A stretch of DNA of 63,280 bases, filler included, from Octopus bimaculoides (Eukaryota): assembly GCF_001194135.2 (NCBI RefSeq). It is 7 parts of 7 records of this genome, joined end to end, with 100 filler letters (N's around TTAATTAATTAA, not from the genome) between each part and the next. Parts side by side here need not be neighbours in the genome. Positions count along the whole stretch, not along the records: positions 25,863 to 39,696 come from NC_068989.1; positions 39,797 to 58,816 come from NC_068996.1; 5 more parts are not named here. One strand, given 5' to 3'. Positions 38,393 to 50,177 of the stretch are shown one piece after another; position 1 is the first letter of the stretch; every line of letters begins with the position of its first letter. The notes under the pieces were generated by a model, which did not search any database, was not told where the DNA came from, and worked only from the letters and a program-made list of their open reading frames with translations. A program made the position numbers and the translations under genes.

Positions 38393-38623
38393 CTTTTTAA
38401 ATCCACGTGGGTCTGTAACACTCGGTGATTCATAGGACCAACAAGTTCCTTCGCATTTATTCAAAGCCAGGCGACCCGTGCACCGTACCTCGACGTGTCG
38501 TCCACGGTAGACGGTGTTGACATATTTGTTGACGTTGATTTCAGAGCGTAGTGTCTGACAGTCTTGAGAAGAGATGTGGTGTAAACTGGCCAACAGGACA
38601 AGGAGTGACGATAGAATATGCAT
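38393..38623 (-). CDS. pburs: Bursicon beta-like, coding exon 1 (signal peptide and first four Cys)
   Basis: MHILSSLLVLLASLHHISSQ (signal-like), then DCQTLRSEINVNK...CTGRLALNKCEGTCWSYESPSVTDPRGFKK (cf. insect CETLPSEI...VNKCEG.C.S..QPSV.TP.GF.KEC). Donor AAG|gtacgt, phase 0. The joined protein is 130 aa with 11 Cys. Confidence 0.9.
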
Positions 38624-38748
38624 GATAGCTTCACCTCTGGAGGTTGAAAACTGGTCGAGAAAGGAAAAAGAAATTTTAAAAAGGGGATCAATAAGACAGA
38701 AACATGTTCGAAGTTATCGCTGGACTGACAGACATCGAACTCACTCAC

Positions 38749-38812
38749 CATTACATTCTATTTTTAATAATTTCCGATTACCGTATTTACCGACGCTGGC
38801 GCCCTCTTTAAA
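38749..38812 (-). promoter_or_regulatory. Putative TATA-like box and short 5'-UTR exon of the bursicon-beta gene
   Basis: TTTAAA at 38807-38812, strong donor ATG|gtgagt at 38749/38748, polypyrimidine acceptor ttttcaacctccag| at 38637 (112-nt intron). No transcript evidence. Confidence 0.45.
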
Positions 38813-38972
38813 CCCTTTACTTATCCTGTGCACCAAATGTAATACATAAGACTTCACGTGTAATACACAGAGCATATTTCCTTGGCATTCAGGCATCATA
38901 TATGACACACATTCCCAGTTTTTGTCAAGCACCAAATTAACTCGGAACTTATGAAAGGAAAGCTTTATGCTA

Positions 38973-38980
38973 CTCAGAAC

Positions 38981-39075
<95 letters not shown>
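38973..39075. repeat. (GT)n microsatellite
   Basis: Direct reading. Confidence 0.95.
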
Positions 39076-39077
<2 letters not shown>

Positions 39078-39084
39078 AATGTGG

Positions 39085-39448
39085 GGAATAGATATAAGGA
39101 TTGAAAAAGCTAGCAAAGCATCTGGAAGACTCAAAAACCGTGTGTTGTGTGACTGAGGTATCACCATCAAAACCTCGCTCAACGTCTATGAATCATGCGC
39201 GTTAACTTTCTTCTTTATATTCTTCTGAGACTTGGACGACTGAAGGTCGTCACGTCAGGACGGTGGAAAGATTCCATCAAACTTGCCAGATCCTAAACAC
39301 GAAATGCCAGTCTCTAACACTTGGCACCGTTGTTCTGCAGCAAACCAACACATCCAGTATTGAGATGCTCCTCGTATGCAATTAGATGCGTTTGGCTGGG
39401 CGCCTCCTTAGGATGCAGGATGACAGGTTCCCAAAAGAGCTGTTCTAT
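39085..39448 (+). mobile_element. RTE-clade LINE fragment (post-RT region)
   Basis: IDIRIEKASKASGRLKNRV...LLY.SETWTT...RFHQ...RLAGRLLRMQDDRFPKELFY. Confidence 0.75.
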
Positions 39449-39614
39449 ATTTAAGAGATGAAGAGTTATTTACATTATTTACATTTGACGGATATTTGTC
39501 CCCATCTTGTTTGTTTTTAACCCAACGTTTCGGCTGATATACCCTCCGGCCTTCATCAGGTGTCTTGGGGAAATTTCGAACTTGGATTCTTATTCCTAAG
39601 GTATTTTTCGATGC

Positions 39615-39673
<59 letters not shown>

Positions 39674-39696
39674 TCACTGCCTGGAATCGAACTCGG
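39442..39696 (-). mobile_element. Family H SINE (complete tail; head cut by gap)
   Basis: gttctatatttaagagatg...aacgtttcggctgatataccctccggccttcatcaggtgtcttgggg...(TTA)n caggtcactgcctggaatcgaactcgg. Confidence 0.85.
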
Positions 39697-39829
39697 NNNN
39701 NNNNNNNNNNNNNNNNNNNNNNNNNNNNNNNNNNNNNNNNTTAATTAATTAANNNNNNNNNNNNNNNNNNNNNNNNNNNNNNNNNNNNNNNNNNNNACTG
39801 AATCTTAATTATTTCTTATATATACATAT

Positions 39830-40150
39830 ATATCAGTTTCTTTTGCTGAACTGCTAAGTTACGTGGACGTAAACACACCAACATCAGTTGTCAAGTAATG
39901 GTAGGAGTACAAACACAGACAGACAAATACAAGCATATATATATATGTATGTATGCATGTATGTATGTATGTATGTATGCTTGTATAAATATGACAGGCT
40001 TCTTTCAGTTTCTGTCTACTAAATCCATTCACAAGGCTTTAGTCAGCCTGAGACCGCAGTAGAAGGCACTTACCCAAGGTGCCACGCAGTGGGACTGAAT
40101 CCGGAACCATGTGGTCGTGAAGCAAGCATCTTACCACACAGCCAATCCTG
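39830..40150 (-). mobile_element. Family B SINE
   Basis: gaactgctaagttacgtggacgtaaacacacc...cttctttcagtttctgtctac...gggactgaatccggaaccatgtgg. Confidence 0.8.
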
Positions 40151-40179
40151 CACTTATATATATATTTATATATATATAT

Positions 40180-40595
40180 ATTTTCGAGTGAGATTGTTGC
40201 CAGTGCCCCTGGACTGGCTCTTGTGCGGGTGGCACATAAAATGCACCATTTTGAGCGTGGCCGTTGCCAGTACCGCCTGACTGGCCTGAATAGGATTTTC
40301 GAGCGAGATCGTTGCCATTACCCCTGGACTGGCTCTTGTGCGGGTGGCACATAAAAGACACCATTTTGAGTGTGGCCGTTGCCAGTACCGCCTGACTGGC
40401 CCTCGTGCAGGTGACACGTAAAAGCACCCACTACACTCTTGGAGTGGTTAGCGTTAGGAAGGGCATCCATCTGTAGAAACTCTGCCAAATTAGATTGGAG
40501 CCTGGTGTTGCCATCCGGTTTCACCAGTCCTCAGTCAAATCGCCCAACCCATGCTAGCATGGAAAGCGGACGTTAAACGATGATGATGATGATGA

Positions 40596-40597
<2 letters not shown>
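40180..40597 (+). mobile_element. RTE LINE 3' UTR with tandem hairpin units and (GAT)n tail
   Basis: Same 3' end as 52100-52550 and 56270-56432 (...ccatgctagcatggaaagcggacgttaaacgatgatgat). Confidence 0.8.
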
Positions 40598-40643
<46 letters not shown>

Positions 40644-40802
40644 GTGTGTGTGTATGCATGTATGTGTGTATATATATAATGTATGTGCATATGTATGTGT
40701 ATATGTATGTATATATGTGTATGTATGTATATATGTGTATAAGTATATATATGTATGTATATATGTACGTACATATATATGTATCTCTCTCACTCTCTCT
40801 CT

Positions 40803-40869
<67 letters not shown>

Positions 40870-40959
40870 GTAGGTTGTCACTATTTTATAGTTTTAATTT
40901 CATGCATACACATTGATTGTTTTTGATTTTGTCAACTACACAGTATAGTAGAGTTAGTT

Positions 40960-41720
40960 GGGCACCGACTGTGAGAAAAAAACATCACCATGACGCAAAT
41001 CACTCTACCAGAAATTTGGAAATAACATGCTGCATTGCTTGACATTCACACCAAAATATAATACAGGTATTTCAGATTGTTTGGGTGTCAATCTGAGGAC
41101 AGTTCATGTACCAAAAGTGATAAAAATCAAACATCCAGTCAACATCATGGTGTTTGGAGTGTTCACTAGTGATGGTGTTGTTATGCCTCCATTCATCTTC
41201 CCACACAGATTCAGACTCAATGCAGAGGCCTACATCATTGCTTGGAGGTAGTGCTGCCTTGGGTGAGGAAGGTAGCTGCTGGGAGGCCCTACGTCTGGCA
41301 ACAGGACTCTGCACCATGCCACACAGGCAGGACAACCCAGTCATGGCTATCAGACAATTTTTGTGACCACATCACCCCTAATATCTGGTCACCTAACTCC
41401 CCAGATTGCAACCCCCATCATTATTATATGTGGGTCATAGTTGAGCGAGAGACCACCAAAACTCTTTGTAACACCACAGATAAACTAAAGACAAGGACTG
41501 TGGCAAAATTCAACAACTTAAACAAGGAGGCCACCAAGAAGAGTTGCATGAGATTCTGAAGTCATCTGGTGGCTGTGGTTGAAGCCAATGGCAATTTAAT
41601 TGAATAAATTTACTCTTTAGTATTTCAAGATAGTTTTATATAATTTTGGTAAATATATCTGCTAATATGAGATGTCAGTGTTATTTTCATTTTTGCGTAA
41701 TTCAGAAGACAATATATTCA
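40960..41720 (+). mobile_element. Tc1/mariner DD37D (maT-like) transposase remnant, internally deleted
   Basis: KHPVNIMVFGVFTSDG..MPPFIF and WQQDSAPCH...WSPNSPDCNP(HH)YY. There are 37 residues between the second D and the (mutated) third D position. Confidence 0.85.
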
Positions 41721-41749
41721 CCATACCCTGTATATCTGTGTGTGTGTGT

Positions 41750-41799
<50 letters not shown>

Positions 41800-42338
41800 A
41801 TATGTATGTAATATTCTTCAGTCCACTATTTCGTCAATCTTAGCAGCTTCCAAGCTTTACCACTAATTCAGTTCTCAACTAAATTGCAAACTGTTAATAG
41901 TTTCAAAGAGGACACCTCCTCAGCTACACTTTGGTATAAATAATTTGAGATTTGGTTCAGTAGAAAAAAACTTTGCATCAAAATATCTGCAACCTCAAGG
42001 TGGGGGCAGTAAGGCACCTATTCACCTTAAATTAACATAAACATTTTAATTTAAAATAAAAGTATACTTTTCTTAGGCTTAAATGATAGAAAAACGTATG
42101 AGGAATTCAGAGGCATTAGTTGCATTGAACAAAAATTAATAGAAGAAAAGTTAAGGGGTGAAATGCCATGAAAGTATAACGTTTAATTTTAGTTTAAACT
42201 AAAACTTCGATAAGTATAATATCGTAAAATATTTTTCTTTTATTTGTTAGTAAAATAAGTATTTTTACTTCTTGATATAATAAGAATTTTTATATAAATT
42301 CATTTGTTATTTCTTGTTGGTTGATATATATATATTCA

Positions 42339-42369
<31 letters not shown>

Positions 42370-43670
42370 GTTGTATTTTGACCTGAAGATTAACTATATT
42401 TTTGAATAGAATTGATTTTCAATCGATTTATTTTAATCAATTTGATTTGATTTGATTTTCTATTTGATAATTTGGTTATAAAGCATGTGTAGTCGTTTTA
42501 TTATTCTAATTATTATTACTTTGTATTTTATTATAGTTCTTTTTAGTGTATTTACTTATTAAATTTTTCTATATGTGACTGTGGATTTTCATGTATGAGT
42601 TCATGAACTTTGGTTCTTTTCTCTAAATTATATATATATATATATATATAAGCATACACGACTGCAAATATTGCAGACTAAGCTTTCCCCNNNNNNNNNN
42701 NNNNNNNNNNNNNNNNNNNNNNNNNNNNNNNNNNNNNNNNNNNNNNNNNNNNNNNNNNNNNNNNNNNNNNNNNNNNNNNNNNNNNNNNNNNNNNNNNNNN
42801 NNNNNNNNNNNNNNNNNNNNNNNNNNNNNNNNNNNNNNNNNNNNNNNNNNNNNNNNNNNNNNNNNNNNNNNNNNNNNNNNNNNNNNNNNNNNNNNNNNNN
42901 NNNNNNNNNNNNNNNNNNNNNNNNNNNNNNNNNNNNNNNNNNNNNNNNNNNNNNNNNNNNNNNNNNNNNNNNNNNNNNNNNNNNNNNNNNNNNNNNNNNN
43001 NNNNNNNNNNNNNNNNNNNNNNNNNNNNNNNNNNNNNNNNNNNNNNNNNNNNNNNNNNNNNNNNNNNNNNNNNNNNNNNNNNNNNNNNNNNNNNNNNNNN
43101 NNNNNNNNNNNNNNNNNNNNNNNNNNNNNNNNNNNNNNNNNNNNNNNNNNNNNNNNNNNNNNNNNNNNNNNNNNNNNNNNNNNNNNNNNNNNNNNNNNNN
43201 NNNNNNNNNNNNNNNNNNNNNNNNNNNNNNNNNNNNNNNNNNNNNNNNNNNNNNNNNNNNNNNNNNNNNNNNNNNNNNNNNNNNNNNNNNNNNNNNNNNN
43301 NNNNNNNNNNNNNNNNNNNNNNNNNNNNNNNNNNNNNNNNNNNNNNNNNNNNNNNNNNNNNNNNNNNNNNNNNNNNNNNNNNNNNNNNNNNNNNNNNNNN
43401 NNNNNNNNNNNNNNNNNNNNNNNNNNNNNNNNNNNNNNNNNNNNNNNNNNNNNNNNNNNNNNNNNNNNNNNNNNNNNNNNNNNNNNNNNNNNNNNNNNNN
43501 NNNNNNNNNNNNNNNNNNNNNNNNNNNNNNNNNNNNNNNNNNNNNNNNNNNNNNNNNNNNNNNNNNNNNNNNNNNNNNNNNNNNNNNNNNNNNNNNNNNN
43601 NNNNNNNNNNNNNNNNNNNNNNATGGAAAAAAGACAAGGTAGAAAATGCTAAAATACTTTTATAAAAAAC

Positions 43671-43712
43671 ATTGCAGTACCAGTTTCGATCCTTGAGATC
43701 TTTTCAACTGTA
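43671..43712 (-). ncRNA. Minimal type I hammerhead-like motif with U3-A8 covariant core
   Basis: Minus strand UACAG-UUGAAAA-GAUC(UCAAG)GAUC-GAAA-C(UG)G-UA|CUGCA. Confidence 0.55.
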
Positions 43713-44534
43713 AATATGGATAACAAATTTTGGCAAATTTAAATGAAAAGTCTTTTTAAAAACATATTTGTGTAGTATTCAAATACCAGGGGCATTTTCC
43801 TTGTTTCTGCCTGTCTCTGTTTCTCTTGTTAACTCTTGTGGGTTCGAGGTCGTTGTGAATTCTTGGGTAAGAAGAAGAAGAAGAACGGGGCGTGCTATGA
43901 TAGTAGCAGAGTGTTAATTGGTTAAGTTTCCTGAATACGACCTGTTGTTGACGGGAGTAGTGATTTGAATTGTTGAGAAGTCCCTTTTGAATGTATTGTT
44001 TATAATGTTTGCGTAGGTGTTATTCTAAACTGCAGTAGTAGTAATAAAGTAAGGGAGGAGGTGGTGGAAAGGAAGAAGTAGAAGGCGATGGAGAAGGAGA
44101 GGGATGTATATATATATACATATAAAGCAAATATGCATGCACACATGCGTACACACGTTATATTTGCTTTGTTTGTTTACTTTGTCATTTAATGTTTCTC
44201 TTTTTTTTTATTAATTTTAAGGAAGCCATACCAGTGCATTTTCAAAATTATTTACATTTAATATTTCTGCAAGAAAAGGATTTCTTGTCGGCTGAAATAC
44301 CAGTGAAATTAAACTACTTTCCCAATTTATAAATCTCTCAATTTTGCTACCAAAATTGCCAAGTTGTCATACATACCTTGAATACATCTTTTTAATTTCA
44401 AATGTGTTTAATTCTGTGCAAACTTATGTAGTTTCTGTTGACTGAAAAATCAATAGTATATCAATTTCAAAATTCTTTGAAAGTTTTCTAAAAATGAATC
44501 CGTATACCTATTCATACAAAGCTTCTTCTTCTTC

Positions 44535-44569
<35 letters not shown>

Positions 44570-45102
44570 GTAATGTCTGCTTATCTTGCTTCTTAAAGTA
44601 TATTACCAAAGTAACACTCACATGCACATATACACCACCTGCTCACTCATGTATATACCCTGTATATGTATGTAAGTATATATGCATCACTTCTTTATTT
44701 TTCTCATAGTATTGTTCTATTTCATTGTTTTCAGGAATAATCTCCTACACAGAATATCTGTTCCTTTTGTGTGTCCTAACCAGTAAGTATTGTAAATGTT
44801 TTCATATTTTCTGTTCTCCTTATCTTTCATGATGCTGCAGCTATGTTACAAAAGTCAGAATTGCAAGTCAGTGAATGAACCAAGTGAATCTGTGTTGTCC
44901 TCAGTTGGCCTACTGTTTGTCATGAAGACATTTACTGTTTAGTGAAATAGTTCCAAAATGGTTACAATTAGGTCCCTTCTCCCCAAATTGTATTAGTGAA
45001 ATTTTATTTAGGGTCTGCTGCAAACACTTATGATCCTTTAATATTAAGTGGAGCAAGCAAGGTTCCAGGCAGGTCTACCATTCAGCTTTAGAGTGACTAC
45101 TA

Positions 45103-45193
45103 AACGTTGTGTTAACAACAAACAAGATAAGGACAAATATCCGTCAATTGTAAATAATGTACATAATTCCTCATCTCTTAAATATAGAACTAT
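45103..45193 (+). mobile_element. Family H 3'-terminal fragment
   Basis: aaacgttgtgttaacaacaaacaagat...cctcatctcttaaatatagaac. Confidence 0.8.
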
Positions 45194-46261
45194 ATGATCA
45201 GTATTCTTTACCAAATATGTTTCCTTGTTCTGAAACACATGTCATTTGGTAAAGATGAAGGTGTTGTGTATGAGTCTATTACAAACATTCTAAATTTGGA
45301 AAGAGTAATGTTCTTCAATAGTTGCAAGTTGAGCTTCGAAAGACATGGTCATAGAGGAGGAAATAGTGTCAGAAGAAAAGACTGGCTGTTAATGCTGGAG
45401 GGAAAGTATGTATACTATATGAGAAATGAAATGAAGAGAGAGGAATGATTCAAGAACAACTGATTATAGGTGGCAGGAAACCACCCATCGTTCAAGAACA
45501 ATGATCACTATAGTTATCTTATGGAGGTCAGAGGAGAAAACATGTGAGAAGTAGGAATTTAGGTTGTGAGTGATAGCATACTTGATTGATTGGATGGCTT
45601 TCTGGTTTAGGATCTCTATATCTCTTGTAGTACCCTCATAGACACGGCTGTGGAGTCAGAGACAGAGGCAACTACTGGATTGCTAGGCTCAAGAATCATT
45701 AGAATTGTACAGATTCAAACTCCAGTTAAATGTAATGTAAAAAGATACTCATTTAACATTTTTTTTTCTTTTCCCTTGCACTGAAAATAATCAGATCAGA
45801 CTTAAGGTCTTCTATGAAGGAGAATCTAGTTGAATCAATTGTCTGTCTAATAACAAGATATTGGTGAAGTTTAGATTTGTCTTTGACCTAATTCCTTTGG
45901 TCCAAGACATGGAGCCCCTCTCTCAAGCTGCCAAGCTTTTACACTCTGCCGTGGAGAGCACAAGTCAGGTGGGCAGACTACCTTCTTTCAATGCTTGACA
46001 CACAAGACAATTTTACAGTGAACAGGCGGCAGGCAGGCAGATGCAAGGTGGACAGAAAACGTGCTGATAGAGGCACCACCTCCTATGAACAGAACAGAAT
46101 TGCAGGGAAAGGAAACATGAATTACTAAAGTCCAGAGTTAAATCCTCACCTTTAGTTGCAACAGACTACCAATGCATAATCTTCCTTATATTATTCAAAC
46201 TTTCTAATTCAACTTATTTCTATTAACTGGTCATTTGTTAAGTTGCTTTTGATGTTTAATC

Positions 46262-46292
<31 letters not shown>

Positions 46293-46349
46293 GATTTACT
46301 TGATGTTTTTGAACTAGTATACAATGATGTCGCTGATTTTCTTAAATAG

Positions 46350-47560
46350 TGGGGCATTACACTGCTGTCAGTGACTGGTAAAATGTTTTGCAAAGTGCTT
46401 CTAAGCAGGCTGAAAGAGGCTGTGGATGCTGTATTATAAGAAGAACAAACTGGGTTTCTTAACAACTGATCCTGCACTGAGCAAATCTTTATACTTAGAA
46501 ATATTATTGAATTCTCTGCTGAGTATCAAAGACCACTGAAGTTAAACTTTATTGACTTAAAACAAAAAGCATTTGATAGTGTCCACAGAGGGTCCTTGTC
46601 GAGATTCACCTTGCACTACAGTATCCCTCAACACTTTGTCAATACCTTTAAAGAACTTTTGTCAAATGTGTGATACTGTCTTCAAACAGAAACAGAGAAA
46701 AATCGTTTTCTTCAGTCTCCTTACTGGAGAGAGAGGCATGACTGCATTGTTTACCCCTACTGTTTTGACTGGGAGCTGACTTAATCCTAAAGAAAACAGC
46801 CATCACATCTAGTAGAGGAATACCATGGAAAGTACAAACTAGACTGAAAGACCTGGACTTTGCTGCTGATTGGTACTTTCAGCTTGCTTAGACAGTAAAA
46901 ACCTAAACCACTCAGATCAGAAACAGAACAAAATGCTGGAAAAATTGGTCTGAGAATTAGTGTGGAGAAGATCAAACCAAAGAACATTACAAATAATGAC
47001 TATCAAACAATAATCCTAAACAGCAGTCAGAAAAATATTGAAACAGTTGACAGAGTCATTTATCTGGGTGGTATTATCAGTAACAATGGCAATACTGAGA
47101 TTAATGTCAACCATAGAGTTGCGAAAGCCACTGCCATATTCTAGAAAACGTACACCATCTGGTCCTCCAACGATCTCAGCTTACAAAGATCTGGCTCTAT
47201 AATAGGACAGTTCTATCTAGTGATACATGGCATAACACCATGAAAATAGACTCAGATGTTTTTCGATCAGTGATGCTTGAGAGGGATTCTTAGAACATAC
47301 TGGTTAGACCACATAATGAATGAAAACATTCTGAAAGAGAGCCAACACAAGATCACTTAACAAAACCACCAAGGAATGAAAGTAGCAGTTCATATATATT
47401 GGTTCCCAAAAGAACTCTATTCTAAAATAGCTTTCAAATGGACACAACAGAGAGAGGTAAATCAAAGAGTACATGGTACGAAACATTCATAAATGACATG
47501 GAAAAGAGGCTAAAATAGTGGATAGAGAGAAAATTGCAAGCAACAAAAATCAGTGACATC
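46350..47560 (+). mobile_element. Decayed RTE-type LINE reverse transcriptase
   Basis: EEQTGF...SCTEQIFILRNIIE...NFIDL..KAFDSVHR; DLDFAADW; YLGGIISNNGNTEINVNHRVAKATAIF; multiple stops and frameshifts. Confidence 0.85.
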
Positions 47561-47699
47561 AGCTTGCTGCCCAAGATGCTTAAGATTACAGAAAAACTTA
47601 TACTGAGCAGAAATTTTGTGACATACTACTCATGTTTAGGGTTCATAGATGTATATGTTTTTTTAGTTTTGATGGATAGTGTTTGTTTGTTTTGTAAAG

Positions 47700-49000
47700 A
47701 AAACCAATAGACGTCTTTTTTTTTTTTTTTGACATCTGTTATTGAAGCTTGTGCAAGTTTTGCATGAGGTGTACAGATTATTTGTGCATGATATTTTGGT
47801 GCCGAAAATCATGAGGAATGAAGAGTGGACATAGTTGGAGGTGATGACAACTATGTGCTGATCATGTGTCACGATCGGTGGCCCCCAAGCCAAGAGACAA
47901 AAGATGAATAGAACCCATTGGTAGATAGTTTTACTAAATTTGTGACAGATATAATTTTGTGCAGCAACACTCTAACAAAATTCCTTGCAGGAGAGAGAGT
48001 CACTGGTGGATGCCATTTGAAAAGTAGACCTCCATCAGATCTAGCTTTATTAAAATCATACTGTTGGTTATAAAAGGAGGCAGATTGAAAATTATATACG
48101 AAATTGTTATTAACGGCTACTTAATGGCTGCCTCCATCAACTTAAAATGATGGAACTGAGTGCAATAGAATGGTAGTTTGTAGGATCAAAGGGTTTTCTG
48201 CTCTTGCAAGTGAAATTCGTTGTTGTATGTTTCCAAATACTGTGATATATGCTTGGAGAGAGAAGAAAGAATCTGATGAAGAAAAAGGCCATGGCTCTTT
48301 TGATTGCTTGTTTGTTTGAAAGCACTGGAAGTAATATTACCAGGGCCACTATCCTTGCTGATATGAGGCAGTTGAGCCTAGATTAAAGTACCTGCGTTGC
48401 TACACAATCTTAACATAGTACTAGTGGAGCTCAAACCAGTCTGTTGAGTTAAAGGATTGCTGGAGCTGAGGTGGGACATTGCATATGCAGTTTTATAGTA
48501 TGAAATTATTTTTAAAATTGTGGTTGGTAAGCTGTTTGAAATGTTAATCTGAGTGTCAGTTCAAGATGTATGAAAATGAAACTAATTGCTGTAGAAAGTT
48601 GAGGATTAAGAAAGGTTTCATTATGTTCTACATCACCCACACGGAACAAAAATAACAGTGATGAAGAGTTGTGTGTATAGAAGCAACTGATGGCTTACAT
48701 AAGGTATGTATCCTTAATGCAGGAAATAATAAGGTCATAGATGTTGTTGATGATTCAAAGATTTCTGAGAGTAATAGAGGAATAGTAGAAGGAGACTTTT
48801 AACCCCCAAAAAATAGTTCTTGATGCTGATATTCAATGGGAGAGATGAGTGTCATGGCAAGTGGATCTGTAAGTAATACAGACATTATGTTTAAGGATAG
48901 AATGTAACCTTGACAGTTGAGATGGACTGCTGATTGGAGTTGATAGATTTGTGTCTTGGCATGAAGTGTGTGATATGCATGTTACTAAGAGAGATGGGCT
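47700..49000 (-). mobile_element. Heavily decayed Jockey/CR1-like LINE remnant
   Basis: SIWKHTTTNFTCKSRKPFDPTNYHSIALSSII resembles the RT domain 1 motif (P..WK.A...P..K....P.NYRPI.L). Boundaries uncertain. Confidence 0.55.
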
Positions 49001-49467
49001 TTAGGCTCGATAATCGATAGCTATTAAAGAAAAATTAATGTGTACAGAAATAAAGAACTACTCCAAAAGCGGCTGCAGAATATGCTCACTCAACAGGAAT
49101 TTCCTATTGAAGTGACACAAGCATATAGCCACTGTAAAATCAGCAGATGGTATTGAGAAAGCATTCATAGTTTTAGCAGGAAATATTTTTCAGTTCTAGT
49201 CTATAAAACATAAATTCCTTCTTTGAAATTTAATAACAATAATGAACCTTACATTGCTGTCCGAATATATATGTGCACATATATATATATATATATATAT
49301 ATATANNNNNNNNNNNNNNNNNNNNNNNNNNNNNNNNNNNNNNNNNNNNNNNNNNNNNNNNNNNNNNNNNNNNNNNNNNNNNNNNNNNNNNNNNNNNNNN
49401 NNNNNNNNNNNNNNNNNNNNNNNNNNNNNNNNNNNNNNNNNNNNNNNNNTTTTTTTTTTTTTTTTTT

Positions 49468-49608
49468 CAGCTTTATATTACATTAATCTTAATCTTAATC
49501 TTATTTCGGCCAGAGTTCTTTCGTCACACTTCTGTGACCTCATCAGTGGTCCTTTGTTTCCTTCTTTCTTATGTGTGTCTCACCTTGCTAACTATCAGCC
49601 ATTTTGTA
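49468..49608 (-). mobile_element. Solo 3' end of the Penelope-like element, with hammerhead
   Basis: ~140 bp nearly identical to 57833-57968. Confidence 0.8.
49508..49552 (-). ncRNA. Minimal type I hammerhead ribozyme motif (PLE 3' end)
   Basis: GGACCA-CUGAUGA-G-GUCACA(GAAG)UGUGAC-GAAA-GAAC-UC|UGGCC. Confidence 0.7.
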
Positions 49609-49611
49609 TAT

Positions 49612-49695
49612 ATATTAGATGTTAAGTGCTACCGATGAGGATTAAAGTGGTCTACACCAAAATTCGAAATCGCAATATGGCTGTATACTCTAAGG
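49612..49695 (+). ncRNA. Short repeat with hammerhead-like fold (CCGAUGA core)
   Basis: GCUA-CCGAUGA-GGAUU..UGGU(CUAC)ACCA..AAUUC-GAAA-UCGCAA-UA|UGGC; second copy at 51983-52097. Confidence 0.45.
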
Positions 49696-50146
49696 ACTTA
49701 CCTCCTAAGAGAAGCGATTAATAAGAAATAGATGAGCCAAGACATTTACAATTTGTGTACATGGAAACAGGATTCTGTTAATTCATCTTCAATGTATCTT
49801 GAAGGAATATATCTCCCTTACGTACCTCCCATGTTGCAATAAGATAAACAAAAGAAAATTTGCCCCTTGCAAACATTAAAAAAAAACTTCCAGTATATGC
49901 ACAGCACTAAAAAAAGCTACCATATGGACAGACACTAAGAAGAGATTTGACCTATTCTGATTGGCTAAAATGCCTGAAATGATGAAAGCAATAAATAAAT
50001 AGTTTTAATCCAAATCCTAGGTATCATTTTTTTTTTTTTTGAATATATAAAATCTGTGTACCACTTCAAACAGTACATACATATATGAATATATATATAT
50101 GTGTGTATATATATATATGTATGTATACATATGTATTTATGTGTGT

Positions 50147-50177
<31 letters not shown>

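Noticed and set aside
40186-40420. CRISPR-like repeat/spacer pattern
   Set aside because: The units are whole tandem duplications within an RTE 3' UTR, with no unique spacers or cas genes, in a eukaryotic context.
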